32,248 bases of DNA from a virus. Taxonomy: Duplodnaviria; Caudoviricetes. Positions 6,585 through 16,549 of this stretch are shown in pieces (the first letter of the stretch is position 1; every line of letters starts with the position of its first letter). Both the position numbers and the translations under genes were made by a program. Location of the stretch: positions 1 through 32,248 of the IMG/VR virus record IMGVR_UViG_3300016675_000190; one strand, 5' to 3'. A model generated the notes under the pieces. That model worked only from the letters and a program-made list of their open reading frames with translations, had not been told where the DNA came from and searched no databases.

Positions 6585-8648
6585 TCACCAAGCGTATGCT
6601 CCAACATCTTCGAAGTACACAACCCCTGCGCCGTTGGCATTGTGGTTGCCGATGATCTCGATGGCATTGGCCCATTCCGGGCAGCGCATCTCGCCCGCGT
6701 TCGCCTCGTCGTTGTTGGGCACGAACAAGCGCACCGACTGCCATGTGTCCTTCGTCGTCGTGTTTGCATTGATGGTGACACTCCGAACATCAACCGTCGA
6801 GCGCGCGAAGCCCAAGTCCCAGTCGGACGCGCTGGTAACGTCAGGAGCGCCACGACTAGGTACCATTGAAGCGTACCCAGATCCATTTGCACCAGCAAGC
6901 GCGACAACTTTGTCGGTAGTACGCCGCACCCACCTGTACGCCAGCGCAAAGTCACCAGTCATACCACCCGTGCTCGGCACCAGAAAATCAACAACCCCTG
7001 TGAAAACCTCACCGGGGCTGAAGTCCGCAAAGATAGACCACTGTGCGCCAGTGCCAGTCCCACCGACCTTAGTAACACGGAGCGATCCACCGGAACCACC
7101 TTTGCGCACCGAGGTGTCACGCACAAGATTGATGTTCGTGCCAGAAAGCCGGTTGGTAATCTCGGCAGTGTCCCGGCTGATGGAGAGGTTGTAGTTATCG
7201 AGTGCTGCATCAAAGCTACCATTACCCCAAATCCGGTTATGGATGGCAGAGGCGTTGATGCGACTGGGCAGCGTGACGCTTTGCGGGAAGTGCAGGCCAG
7301 TACCTGTGCAACGCACGCGACCAGGTCCCTTTGAAAACACGTCACCCACGTTCTGCAACTGCTGCATGTCCACTTTGTCGAAGTGAGCCAGCGTGTTTTT
7401 GTGACCAACATTCACCAAGTGGCCGATAGCCCAGGGCGACGGCGTGTCACCGGACGAATTGAGATCGAGAGAGCCGCCAGACATAAGGAACGTGCTGCCA
7501 GCGTTCCCCTCAATGTCGATGTAGCAGTCACGGCCAGGGATGACCGCACGCGTGTCACTGCCCGTCCCGCTAATGGCGAAGAACCCAGGATCTGAGGCCG
7601 CTTGATGCCCTCGCGTTTCGAGGTGGCAGTCTCGCAAAATCAAGCGAGCCCAGCCAGTTGATCCGGGGCGCAACACGCAAATCTGCATACCGTAGTCGAT
7701 GGACTGACCGCGAACGTGGAATGCCGCGCTAGAGTCCTCCAGCAGATACGCAAGTCGCGCACGCTGAATAAGCCCATTTGTGACACGGCAGTTTTCACCA
7801 GCGTCCGTCGCTGCACGCTGACGGTACGCGACAAGCACGTTATAGATGTTGACGTTGTCGTAGGTACCAAGAAAGTAGACGTTGTTGCCATCGACCGCGT
7901 GGTCCCATCCTGCAATAGTGATATCACGGAGGACTGGCCGGATGGACTTATTTACCGGAGCTGCGATGGCCCCGTCAGCCCAGAATGCAGCGTTGCCGTT
8001 ACCGTCAGCGATCCAGTTTGGAGTGCTGCCTATTTGAGAGTCGTTGGGGCCTGGGCCGACCAAGGTAAAGCCGCCGATCACGTAAGGTGCATGGTCGTAG
8101 CGTTTCAAGCCGTTGAAGTCCTGGTCGTCGTAAAACAGCGTGAACGCCTTATTGTTGCCAGTGATGTTGCCGCCTTGGACCAAACGCGCGTTGCCCCGAA
8201 TGCTGACACGGCGCGTATTGATCGAAACCGGGCTTTCTAGTGTGATGTCTCGACCAAACGCAATCACGCCACCGCGCGGGTCTGCGTGCAGTTCGCTGAT
8301 GGCTCGCGTGAAGTCGCTGAAGTCGTTGACTGTTAGAACCCCGCCCCCTATCACCTGCCCTAACAATGCATTCCCGTCAGGATCAACAAGAGAGTTGTCC
8401 CTAGCAAATACAGGGCGATTACGATTAGGCAAGGTCTCACGACGCCATTGAACTTCCCCACCATTGGCAGTAACCCTCACAGTACCTTTGGTTTCAAATG
8501 GACCATAAGTTACCGTACCAGTTTGATTGGGTTGTGCAACACCATTGATAAGTACAGTTGCAGTTACCCCATTGGGGCATACGACAGTAAGAGAAGAAAG
8601 CCTGCGAACATTGATGTTCTCAGTATTTCCTGAAGTAATTTTGTTCAT
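6585..8648 (-). CDS. putative tailspike/polysaccharide depolymerase (beta-helix, probable C-terminal carbohydrate-binding module)
   Basis: SD AAAGGA before ATG 8648; FTRAI...GGVIAFG..I.L entry to a pectin-lyase-like beta-helix; G/N/D-rich beta repeats; GNGSFD...GGSGGSLRVT resembles a CBM start. Confidence 0.65.
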   Translation of the reverse strand: MNKITSGNTENINVRRLSSLTVVCPNGVTATVLINGVAQPNQTGTVTYGPFETKGTVRVTANGGEVQWRRETLPNRNRPVFARDNSLVDPDGNALLGQVIGGGVLTVNDFSDFTRAISELHADPRGGVIAFGRDITLESPVSINTRRVSIRGNARLVQGGNITGNNKAFTLFYDDQDFNGLKRYDHAPYVIGGFTLVGPGPNDSQIGSTPNWIADGNGNAAFWADGAIAAPVNKSIRPVLRDITIAGWDHAVDGNNVYFLGTYDNVNIYNVLVAYRQRAATDAGENCRVTNGLIQRARLAYLLEDSSAAFHVRGQSIDYGMQICVLRPGSTGWARLILRDCHLETRGHQAASDPGFFAISGTGSDTRAVIPGRDCYIDIEGNAGSTFLMSGGSLDLNSSGDTPSPWAIGHLVNVGHKNTLAHFDKVDMQQLQNVGDVFSKGPGRVRCTGTGLHFPQSVTLPSRINASAIHNRIWGNGSFDAALDNYNLSISRDTAEITNRLSGTNINLVRDTSVRKGGSGGSLRVTKVGGTGTGAQWSIFADFSPGEVFTGVVDFLVPSTGGMTGDFALAYRWVRRTTDKVVALAGANGSGYASMVPSRGAPDVTSASDWDLGFARSTVDVRSVTINANTTTKDTWQSVRLFVPNNDEANAGEMRCPEWANAIEIIGNHNANGAGVVYFEDVGAYAW

Positions 8649-8666
8649 AAGCAATCCTTTTTAGAA

Positions 8667-8690
8667 CCCACCCTGATTTCTCAGGGTGGG
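8667..8690 (-). promoter_or_regulatory. perfect 10-bp hairpin with GAAA loop between the two tailspike genes
   Basis: CCCACCCTGA-GAAA-TCAGGGTGGG on the minus strand followed only by TTCT. Confidence 0.6.
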
Positions 8691-8760
8691 AGGTAAGTTA
8701 ATTAGCGAAATAATGCTGTGGCAAATAGGACGGCTGCGCTTGCGGATTCGAGGGCCATGG

Positions 8761-10341
8761 TTAGACAGATGCAAGCAGACGGCGGAACATCCCAACCCCG
8801 GCCTGCGCCCACACCTCGGCACCAGCATCGTTATCGTGCAGGTTGTCGCTATGCAGTCCTGTTGCAATAGTGGTTTGACCGTTGGCGTCAAGCGGACCAC
8901 TGAATGGGCCTGCGAGGTCAAGCACAAACTCTCGGCTCGATTGATTTGCGAGATATTCGGCGTTAAGTGCCCGGCGCAGCTTGTCGTACTCGACCGTAGG
9001 CCGCGCGACAAAGTTCGCGGGCGGCGATGTCACCCAAATTGGCACTGCAAGGTTTGTGTTTGCTGCGACACGAGCCAGTCCGGTGTTGCCGCGGATGCTG
9101 TTCATGTCGGTCGCCGCCTGCGTCGGTGTTGCGTTTGGGAATGCCGCGCTGTTGATGTTTGCAATCTGAAACGAGTAAACCTCGGGATTGATTTGCGGCA
9201 GCAGACCCGAAACGCGGTTAAAGAGCCGCGACTGAGCCGCACCATGAATTGCAACGTTGCAGATTTCGATTGGACGCTGAGGCGTTGACAGATCGCGCTG
9301 CACACGACCAGTCCAGCCTACGCGTCGGGCTGTAGCGTTTGCCGTCACCCCCTCGTCGAGTGAATTCCCGAAGACAGCCCAGGTGATACCCTTCGTCGAA
9401 CCATCGCGCGGGGTGTACCTGATCAGAACCGGCACGACTCGACCCGTGCTAGTTGTGCTCGTAAACAGCGCACGGTTCTGCACACCCAGAACCGCCTGAG
9501 ACCGCCCACGAATAAATCGACCGAACGGGGCCACGCTGGCGCTGCCTTGGTTCTCAAGTTCGCCAATGTTCGTCCAGTGCGCAACAGGGACGGTCGTGTT
9601 TGCGGCAGGAATCTCGATGCGCACGTGGCCCACAGTCAGTGTGCCGCCATCGGTACGAGCAGGCGGATTCACGGCAACCGGGTCAGACCATGTGACAGTG
9701 GGGTTGTCGACGCTATTTGTCGCCGAGGCAGCGGCAATCGTGGAGCCGTTCGTCGCGCCGCCGATGGGCACCGCTACCCAGCTACCTGCGTTCAGTGATC
9801 CGAGCAACCCGGCGTCCTGAACGACACCTTGAACTGCGGAAAAAGCGATTGCGCAACGCACACCAGACAGTGATGCTGCTACGTTGTTCAGGATGCCGAC
9901 CTCGATGGTGCCCGGCACTGCCTCAAAGGTGAACTCGATGTGGCTGGTAAAGTCGGCGGCGTTGGCTTGCTGGGCCATCCGACCTGTCAGCAGCCCCTTG
10001 ACCAGCGCGTTGCGTCGTGGGAGCACACGACCCCCCACCACCTGCCCGAGATTGATAGGCAAACCTTGGCCATCAACAAAAGTATCATCTTTAACCATCG
10101 CTGGTTTAACGGAGTTTCGTTTGGTGTTACGGGAGTACTCCACACTACCTGTGACAGCAGTGATAACAGCCTTCCCTCCAGCCAAGAATGGTCCATAGGT
10201 TTGCGTCCCTGTATGGGAAGCAGCAACCACTCCACCATCTACTGTCAGAGAAGCGACACTGGAAGGGGAGTTGACGAGCGTGATCGTCCCCATCCGTTTG
10301 ATTTGGACTTTCACAGTTTGTCCGGCATTTACTTTGATCAT
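8761..10341 (-). CDS. putative tailspike with C-terminal SGNH/GDSL esterase domain (polysaccharide de-O-acetylase candidate)
   Basis: SGNH blocks: AVFGNSLDEG (I), NVAIHGA (II), IANINS (III), SDNLHDNDAG (V, DxxH); N-terminal module shared with 6585-8648; start at MIKVN by SD spacing. Confidence 0.7.
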   Translation of the reverse strand: MIKVNAGQTVKVQIKRMGTITLVNSPSSVASLTVDGGVVAASHTGTQTYGPFLAGGKAVITAVTGSVEYSRNTKRNSVKPAMVKDDTFVDGQGLPINLGQVVGGRVLPRRNALVKGLLTGRMAQQANAADFTSHIEFTFEAVPGTIEVGILNNVAASLSGVRCAIAFSAVQGVVQDAGLLGSLNAGSWVAVPIGGATNGSTIAAASATNSVDNPTVTWSDPVAVNPPARTDGGTLTVGHVRIEIPAANTTVPVAHWTNIGELENQGSASVAPFGRFIRGRSQAVLGVQNRALFTSTTSTGRVVPVLIRYTPRDGSTKGITWAVFGNSLDEGVTANATARRVGWTGRVQRDLSTPQRPIEICNVAIHGAAQSRLFNRVSGLLPQINPEVYSFQIANINSAAFPNATPTQAATDMNSIRGNTGLARVAANTNLAVPIWVTSPPANFVARPTVEYDKLRRALNAEYLANQSSREFVLDLAGPFSGPLDANGQTTIATGLHSDNLHDNDAGAEVWAQAGVGMFRRLLASV

Positions 10342-10384
10342 AGGCATGTCCTTTGGATTAGGGTTCTTGAGTGCTTCTCTTGGT

Positions 10385-10807
10385 TTACTTGCCTGTAGAT
10401 CCAAAACCGCCAGTACTGCGTGCGGTTTCGCTCAGGCTTTCTGATTCTTCTAATGTTACTTTGGCCACAGGAACAATCAGGAATTGGAAGATACGCTCTT
10501 CAGCTTCCCAACGAAATGCTCCACCATTCTTGGTTTTGACTGCCACTTGCCATTCACCTCGGTAGTCAGAGTCTATAACACCAATGGTGTTATTCAGCTC
10601 GACACCGTATTTGGCACCTACACCGGAACGAGGCACGATCAGTGCCACATGGTCTTTGGGCACTTCAGCTGCAAAGCCAAGACCAATTTTTTTGGCATTG
10701 TGGCCTGATACGGCTCCTGCTTCTGGCATATAAATATCAAAAGCACCGGCATGTTCGGTAGAACGGAGAGGCATCACAAATTTGTCGTGCAGAGGTTGGA
10801 TTCGCAT
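10385..10807 (-). CDS. dut: trimeric dUTP pyrophosphatase
   Basis: all five motifs: AGAFDI, PRSG, GVIDSDYRGE, RIFQF, RSTGGFGSTG. Confidence 0.95.
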   Translation of the reverse strand: MRIQPLHDKFVMPLRSTEHAGAFDIYMPEAGAVSGHNAKKIGLGFAAEVPKDHVALIVPRSGVGAKYGVELNNTIGVIDSDYRGEWQVAVKTKNGGAFRWEAEERIFQFLIVPVAKVTLEESESLSETARSTGGFGSTGK

Positions 10808-10868
10808 TTCTATTTTCCTTGCGAGTTGTGGTTGAATATCGGAATTGTACTTACTGAGAGGTAATGTA

Positions 10869-13040
10869 ATGGTTCCTGAAGATCAAACAAACCCTGCCCA
10901 AGCAGAAAATATCGTTAATTGGAAGAACGCTCCTACCCTGGAAGCACTCAAGCAAGACCTGCAAGAGGCCAAACCTTCACACGATTCCCACATTACCAAA
11001 GTCAAAAAATGGCTGGATAACCTGCATGTTCGCAATGCTGCTGCAACAAAGACAGGCAATGGTGGATCTACGATTACGCCCAAGCTGATTCGCAAACAAG
11101 CTGAGTGGCGATATCCGGCTTTGAGTGATCCGTTTCTTTCTACGTCTCGTCTTTTCAAAGTCTCCCCTACAACCTGGGAAGACAAAAAAGCTTCAGAGCA
11201 AAACGCGCTGGTACTGAACAACCAGTTCAACACCAAGATCAATAAGCAGCGGCTAATTGATGAATACGTGCGTGCTGTGGTCGATGAAGGTACGGCAATT
11301 CTTCGTGTGGGCTGGTCTTTTGAAGAAGAGCCTTACGAAGCAGATGAACCTATCATCGAGTTTCGGGTTAATCCTGAGTACGGTCCTCTACATGAGGAAT
11401 TGGTTCAGTTAAAGCAAAACTCGCCTTCTGAATACGTTACCAATGTTCCTGATGAGTTGAAGCAGGCCCATGATTTGTTCTTGGAACAAGGTGTCCCTGT
11501 TGAACCTGCCATCTTGGGTTACAGAAAGGTCAAGAAAAACAGGGTAGTCAAAAACCATCCTACTGTGGAAGTCTGCGATCAACAAAATGTGATCATTGAT
11601 CCATCTTGTAATGGTGATCTGACTAAGGCTGGCTTTGTCGTCTACACCTTTGAGACTTCATTGGCTAAGCTGAAGAAAGACAAACGCTACAAGAATCTGG
11701 ATCAGATTGAGACAGGTAACTATTCCCCGTTGAATGAGCCAGACCATGCAACGCATTCTGGAAACTTCAACTTCAGGGATAAGCCTCGTCAGTTGTTTGT
11801 TGTCTATGAATACTGGGGTAACTGGGATATCAATGGGGATGGTGTGTTGGTTCCCATTGTGGTTTCTTGGGTCGGTAACACCATCATCCGAATGGAAGCC
11901 AACCCTTTCCCAGACAAGCTGCATCCGTTTGTAGCTGTGGCTTACCTGCCTGTTCGTAAGCAAGTCCATGGAGAACCTGATGGTGAGTTGCTGGAAGACA
12001 ACCAAAAGATCATCGGTGCAGTTACTAGAGGAATGATTGACCTGTTGGGTAAGTCTGCCAATGGTCAAACCGGCATGCGTAAAGACATGCTGGATGCCAC
12101 GAATCGACGGAAATTCGATAAGGGCATGGATTACGAGTTCAACCCCAATGTGGACCCTCGACAAGGTGTTCACATGCACACGTATCCTGAAATTCCTGCA
12201 TCTGCTCAGTTCATGTTGCAGTTGCAGCAAGCTGAAGCTGAGTCCATGTCAGGGGTGAAAGCCTTCAACGATGGGATCTCAGGCCAGTCTTTTGGTCAAG
12301 TCGCTGCTGGTGTGCGTGGTGCTTTGGATGCAGCTTCCAAACGTGAAATGTCGATTCTGAATCGACTGAAACAAGGCATCGTGGAAGTGGGTCGAAAGAT
12401 TATTGCCATGAACCAAGAATTCCTTTCTGAGGAAGAAGTGGTTCGTGTCACCAATGATGATTTCGTTCTTGTGCGTCGTGATGACTTGGCAGGTAACTTC
12501 GACCTGGAGCTGGATATCTCAACTGCTGAAGAGGACGCCAACAAGTCTCAAGAGCTTGGTTTCATGCTTCAAACCATGGGTCCGAATATGGACCCTGCTA
12601 TCAGTCGAATCATCCTAGCTGATATTGCCAAGCTCAAGAAGATGCCTGACTTGGCTAAGAAGATTGAGGAATACGAGCCTCAGCCTGATCCTCTGGCGCA
12701 ACGCAAACTACAGCTTGAAATTGAGTTGCTGGAAGCACAGTTGGAAAATGAACGTGCTCAAGCCATGCAGCGTCAAGCCCAAGCTCAATTGGATATGGCT
12801 CGCTCTGGCACTGAACAAGCCAAGACTGACAACCTCCGTTCTGATACTGATCTGAAGAACTTGAACTTTGTTGAGCAAGAATCAGGTGTTACTCAGCAAC
12901 GGGCATTGCAATTGCACGGTGAACAGGCACGTAGCCAAGCTCAGTTGAAACTTCTGGAACGGGAAGATCGAAAGGAAGATAGGCGTACAGATTTGCTGAA
13001 AACCTATATCCAAACACAAGCAAAACAAAAATCTGCTTGA
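10869..13040 (+). CDS. portal protein (N4 gp59-like)
   Basis: SD GAGAGG before ATG 10869; PKLIRKQAEWRY.ALS.PFL, YEYWG.WDI.GDG, GAVTRGMIDLLG.SANGQ; C-terminal coiled coil. Confidence 0.92.
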   Translation: MVPEDQTNPAQAENIVNWKNAPTLEALKQDLQEAKPSHDSHITKVKKWLDNLHVRNAAATKTGNGGSTITPKLIRKQAEWRYPALSDPFLSTSRLFKVSPTTWEDKKASEQNALVLNNQFNTKINKQRLIDEYVRAVVDEGTAILRVGWSFEEEPYEADEPIIEFRVNPEYGPLHEELVQLKQNSPSEYVTNVPDELKQAHDLFLEQGVPVEPAILGYRKVKKNRVVKNHPTVEVCDQQNVIIDPSCNGDLTKAGFVVYTFETSLAKLKKDKRYKNLDQIETGNYSPLNEPDHATHSGNFNFRDKPRQLFVVYEYWGNWDINGDGVLVPIVVSWVGNTIIRMEANPFPDKLHPFVAVAYLPVRKQVHGEPDGELLEDNQKIIGAVTRGMIDLLGKSANGQTGMRKDMLDATNRRKFDKGMDYEFNPNVDPRQGVHMHTYPEIPASAQFMLQLQQAEAESMSGVKAFNDGISGQSFGQVAAGVRGALDAASKREMSILNRLKQGIVEVGRKIIAMNQEFLSEEEVVRVTNDDFVLVRRDDLAGNFDLELDISTAEEDANKSQELGFMLQTMGPNMDPAISRIILADIAKLKKMPDLAKKIEEYEPQPDPLAQRKLQLEIELLEAQLENERAQAMQRQAQAQLDMARSGTEQAKTDNLRSDTDLKNLNFVEQESGVTQQRALQLHGEQARSQAQLKLLEREDRKEDRRTDLLKTYIQTQAKQKSA

Positions 13041-13105
13041 TTTGGTATATATTACGAACCGTTTAGGAATTTCCAGTAACCCATAACAGAGTGCATCGGA
13101 ATCAA

Positions 13106-13456
13106 ATGAGTAAAGAACAGCAGATTCAAGAGATTGAGCAAAGTATCCAAGGAGCACGAATTACCGTGGAACTTGGCAATGCACTGGCGCGTCTCCACAG
13201 TAATCGTGACTTCAAGAAGGTAGTCCTTGATGGTTACTTTCGAGATGAGGCAGTTCGTCTCGTTCACTTGCTTTCAGACCCCAACATGCAAACCCCTGAC
13301 AAGCAAGCGACTATCCTCAGTGATATTCGCTCTATCGGGGCTTTGGGCAGCTTCTTCAAAACTCTTGAATTCCGTGCTGACCTGGCACGTAAGTCGATTG
13401 TGTTTGATGAACAAACCCGTGATGAACTGACTCAAGGTGAAGAAGATGGCCGTTGA
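13106..13456 (+). CDS. N4 gp58-like conserved protein
   Basis: AL.RL..N.DFKKV.LDGYF.DEA.RLV motif; between portal and gp57-like gene. Confidence 0.75.
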   Translation: MSKEQQIQEIEQSIQGARITVELGNALARLHSNRDFKKVVLDGYFRDEAVRLVHLLSDPNMQTPDKQATILSDIRSIGALGSFFKTLEFRADLARKSIVFDEQTRDELTQGEEDGR

Positions 13457-14711
13457 TATCTTGAATCTCTCTGATGAAGAGCTGCTCAATCTGAACCTGG
13501 ATGAGCTGGAAAAGCAACAGATCAGCTCTACCCAGAACTCAGCTGATGGCGAAGGCCAAGGTAACGCCGAAGTGCTGACCGTCGCAGACGGTCAAAGCAC
13601 GGGAGGCGATGCCGCTGGCCAAGCCGACCAGACCCAAACGAACCAAAACCAAGACAACGCTTCCACTGGTGATGACGGTGCCAATGGTGCTGATGGTGCC
13701 GGTGATGACACCCAGAGCACCAGTGCTGCTTCTGGCTTGGAAGGTAAGGATGCTGCTGCTTCTGTTGATGCGACTGATACCGGCTCGGATAAAGCCGGTA
13801 ACGATCAGGGGGCCAACAGCGATACTCCCCAAAACCTGAAGCCCACAGAAACTGCTGAGCAGTCCAATACCTCTGTGGACTACAAATCGGAGTATGAAAA
13901 GCTGTTGGCTCCCTTCCCTGCAAATGGGAAGGACATGCAAGTCCGAAATGTGGACGAAGCCATTACTCTGATGCAAATGGGTGCCAACTATCACAAGAAG
14001 ATGGCGGCACTCAAACCGAATCTGAAACTCTTGAAGATCCTCGAAAAGAATGATCTTCTGAGTGAAGAGAAGATTAGTTTCTTGATCGACCTGGATAAGA
14101 AGAATCCAGATGCAATCAATAAACTAATCGCAGACAGCAAGCTAGATCCTATGGATCTGGATGCTGATAAGGCAGGTGCTTACAAACCTACTACTCGTAC
14201 CGTCGATGACAAAGAGCTGGAGTTGGACAGTGTTCTTGAAGAGATTCAAGACACTACTTCCTACAAACGGACGATTGGCATCGTTGGCCAAGAGTGGGAT
14301 CAGGAAAGTAAAGCAGTGGTTGCAAACAATCCCCAACTGCTGAAGGTCGTCAATGAGCATGTCAAGTCTGGCATCTATGACGTAATCAAAGCAGAGGTTG
14401 ATCGTGAGCGAGCACTGGGGCGCCTGCTGAGCGTACCTGACATTGAAGCCTACCGGCAAGTTGGCGACGCAATCAATGCCCGTGGAGGGTTTGCCCACCT
14501 TAGCGCAAAGGGGCAACAAACCACTCACACGCAGCAACAAGTTGTGGTTCCCGCACCGAAGAAGGTTGATGACCAGAAGCTCAACGACAAACGCCGAGCT
14601 GCTGCTCCGGCGAAACCTGCCGCTACAGCATCAAAGCCAGCACCGGATTTCAATCCTTTGGCTTTGTCTGATGAAGAGTTTCAAAAACTCGTGAAACCTA
14701 ATTTCCTGTGA
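13446..14711 (+). CDS. N4 gp57-like protein (often annotated tape measure; scaffold-like)
   Basis: acidic disordered N-terminal third, PF.ANGK...LMQMGANY.KKM core; directly upstream of major capsid. Confidence 0.8.
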   Translation: MAVDILNLSDEELLNLNLDELEKQQISSTQNSADGEGQGNAEVLTVADGQSTGGDAAGQADQTQTNQNQDNASTGDDGANGADGAGDDTQSTSAASGLEGKDAAASVDATDTGSDKAGNDQGANSDTPQNLKPTETAEQSNTSVDYKSEYEKLLAPFPANGKDMQVRNVDEAITLMQMGANYHKKMAALKPNLKLLKILEKNDLLSEEKISFLIDLDKKNPDAINKLIADSKLDPMDLDADKAGAYKPTTRTVDDKELELDSVLEEIQDTTSYKRTIGIVGQEWDQESKAVVANNPQLLKVVNEHVKSGIYDVIKAEVDRERALGRLLSVPDIEAYRQVGDAINARGGFAHLSAKGQQTTHTQQQVVVPAPKKVDDQKLNDKRRAAAPAKPAATASKPAPDFNPLALSDEEFQKLVKPNFL

Positions 14712-14721
14712 GGAATAGCCT

Positions 14722-15891
14722 ATGACCATGCAATACAAAGACCCCCAAGGCGGTACGCCTTCCACGATGGGTACGCAACTGCGTACTGATTACTACCACA
14801 AGACTGCTCTGATCGAAGCTCGCAAGGAGCAGTACTTCACCCAGCTGGCTGATGCTACTTCGATGCCCAAGAACATGGGCAAGAAGATCAAGAAGTATCA
14901 CTACCTGCCTCTGCTGGATGACGCCAACATCAACGACCAAGGTATTGACGCTGCCGGTGCAGTGATCGCCAACGGTAACCTGTATGGTTCGTCCAAGGAC
15001 GTTGGCACCATCTCTGGCAAGCTGCCTGTGCTGTCGGAAACCGGTGGCCGTGTGAACCGTGTGGGCTTCAAGCGGAAAGAGCTGGAAGGTACTTTCGAGA
15101 AGTTTGGCTTCTTCGATGAGTACACCAAGGAGTCGATGGACTTCGATACTGACGCTGATCTGGAAATGCACATCACGCGTGAAATGGTGAATGGTGCCAA
15201 CGAGATCACCGAAGATGCTCTGCAAATCGACCTGCTGAACTCGGCTGGTGTTGTGAAGTTCGCCGGTGCTGCTACTTCGGATGCCACGATGAACGCTGAC
15301 TGCTTGGTGACCTATGGTGACCTGCTGCGTCTGTCCATTGACCTGGACAACAACCGCACTCCCAAGCAGACCACTATGTTCACCGGTACTCGCATGATCG
15401 ACACCAAGACGATCCCGAGTGCTCGTGCCCTGTACTGTGGTTCGGAGCTGCTGCCCACCATCAAGGCCATGAAGGACCTGCACGGTGATCCTGCCTTCAT
15501 CCCGGTGGAGAAGTACGCATCGGGCGGTAACACCATGATTGGTGAAGTCGGTGCCATCGACCAATTCCGCATCATCATCGTTCCTGAAATGATGAAGTGG
15601 GCTGGTGTGGGTGCTTCGGCTACCGGCAACACCAACAGCTACCAAACTGCTGGTAAGTTCGACGTGTTCCCGATGCTGTGTATCGGTGCTGAGTCGTTCA
15701 CCACCATCAGCTTCCAGACCGATGGTAAGGGCGTGAAGTTCACCATCTATCACAAGAAGCCTGGTGAAGAACGTGCTGACCGTAACGATCCTTACGGTGA
15801 AATCGGCTTCATGTCGATCAAGTGGTACTACGGCTTCATGGTGCTGCGTCCTGAGCGTATCGGTCTGATCAAGACCGTGGCTCGCCTGTAA
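14722..15891 (+). CDS. major capsid protein (N4 gp56-like)
   Basis: [59 protein letters not shown]; strongly biased codons; SD GAGG. Confidence 0.95.
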   Translation: MTMQYKDPQGGTPSTMGTQLRTDYYHKTALIEARKEQYFTQLADATSMPKNMGKKIKKYHYLPLLDDANINDQGIDAAGAVIANGNLYGSSKDVGTISGKLPVLSETGGRVNRVGFKRKELEGTFEKFGFFDEYTKESMDFDTDADLEMHITREMVNGANEITEDALQIDLLNSAGVVKFAGAATSDATMNADCLVTYGDLLRLSIDLDNNRTPKQTTMFTGTRMIDTKTIPSARALYCGSELLPTIKAMKDLHGDPAFIPVEKYASGGNTMIGEVGAIDQFRIIIVPEMMKWAGVGASATGNTNSYQTAGKFDVFPMLCIGAESFTTISFQTDGKGVKFTIYHKKPGEERADRNDPYGEIGFMSIKWYYGFMVLRPERIGLIKTVARL

Positions 15892-15897
15892 TCAGGC

Positions 15898-15935
15898 ACC
15901 GGGTGAGGGAGAAGTCTTTCTCACCCGGTTTACTT
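15898..15935 (+). terminator. hairpin/terminator after major capsid gene
   Basis: ACCGGGTGAGGGA...TTTCTCACCCGGT followed by TTACTT. Confidence 0.7.
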
Positions 15936-15967
15936 AATGTGTCAAATTTTCTTGATGGGAAAAACCA

Positions 15968-16519
15968 ATGTCTGATGTTGATACCGAACTGCAAGATGAA
16001 CTGTCCGCTTTGAAGGCCCGTGCCGATCTGCTGGGCGTCAAGTACCACCCTTCGATCAGTGCTGAAAAGCTGCGTGAGAAGATCAACGCTCACCTGAAGC
16101 CAGAAGACTCTGTTCCTGGTGCTGAGACTGATTCTGCTGCTGTTGAAACCGAACACCAGAAGGTTGTTCGCCTGCAAGCTGAAGCTGCTGCACTGGTTCG
16201 CGTCCGTGTGACTTGCATGAACCCGGCCAAGAAGGAATGGGAAGGTGAAATCTTCACTGTGGGTAACTCGGTTGTGGGCACCTACAAGAAGTTTGTGCCG
16301 TTCAACGCTGACGAAGGTTGGCATATCCCCCAGATCATGCTGGATGTTTTGCGTGCTCGTGAATGCCAAATCTTCACCAGTGTGAAGGATGGTCGTGGCA
16401 ACACTGTTCGCAAGGGCAAGATCATCAAGGAATTCGCCATTGAGGTGCTTCCTCCTCTGACGGAAGAAGAACTCAAGGAACTGGCCCAGCGTCAAGCCAT
16501 GGCCCGTTCTGTTGATTGA
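15968..16519 (+). CDS. N4 gp55-like conserved protein
   Basis: LKARADLLGVKYHPSI..EKLREKIN and LPPLTEEELKELAQRQA motifs; synteny. Confidence 0.8.
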   Translation: MSDVDTELQDELSALKARADLLGVKYHPSISAEKLREKINAHLKPEDSVPGAETDSAAVETEHQKVVRLQAEAAALVRVRVTCMNPAKKEWEGEIFTVGNSVVGTYKKFVPFNADEGWHIPQIMLDVLRARECQIFTSVKDGRGNTVRKGKIIKEFAIEVLPPLTEEELKELAQRQAMARSVD

Positions 16520-16549
16520 TTTTCATTGGTTTGATACCCAGGTAAGCCT

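Noticed and set aside
6525-10398. Plus-strand ORFs overlapping the tailspike genes (e.g. 6634-7194, 7716-8240, 8686-9288)
   Set aside because: GC-rich DNA gives long stop-free frames; the minus-strand genes have SDs and catalytic motifs, these do not
14698-15753. 351-aa antisense ORF over the major capsid gene (similar ones at 21256-22059, 28264-29388, 29758-30552, 11658-12230)
   Set aside because: Shadow ORFs from biased sense-strand codon usage; no recognisable motifs
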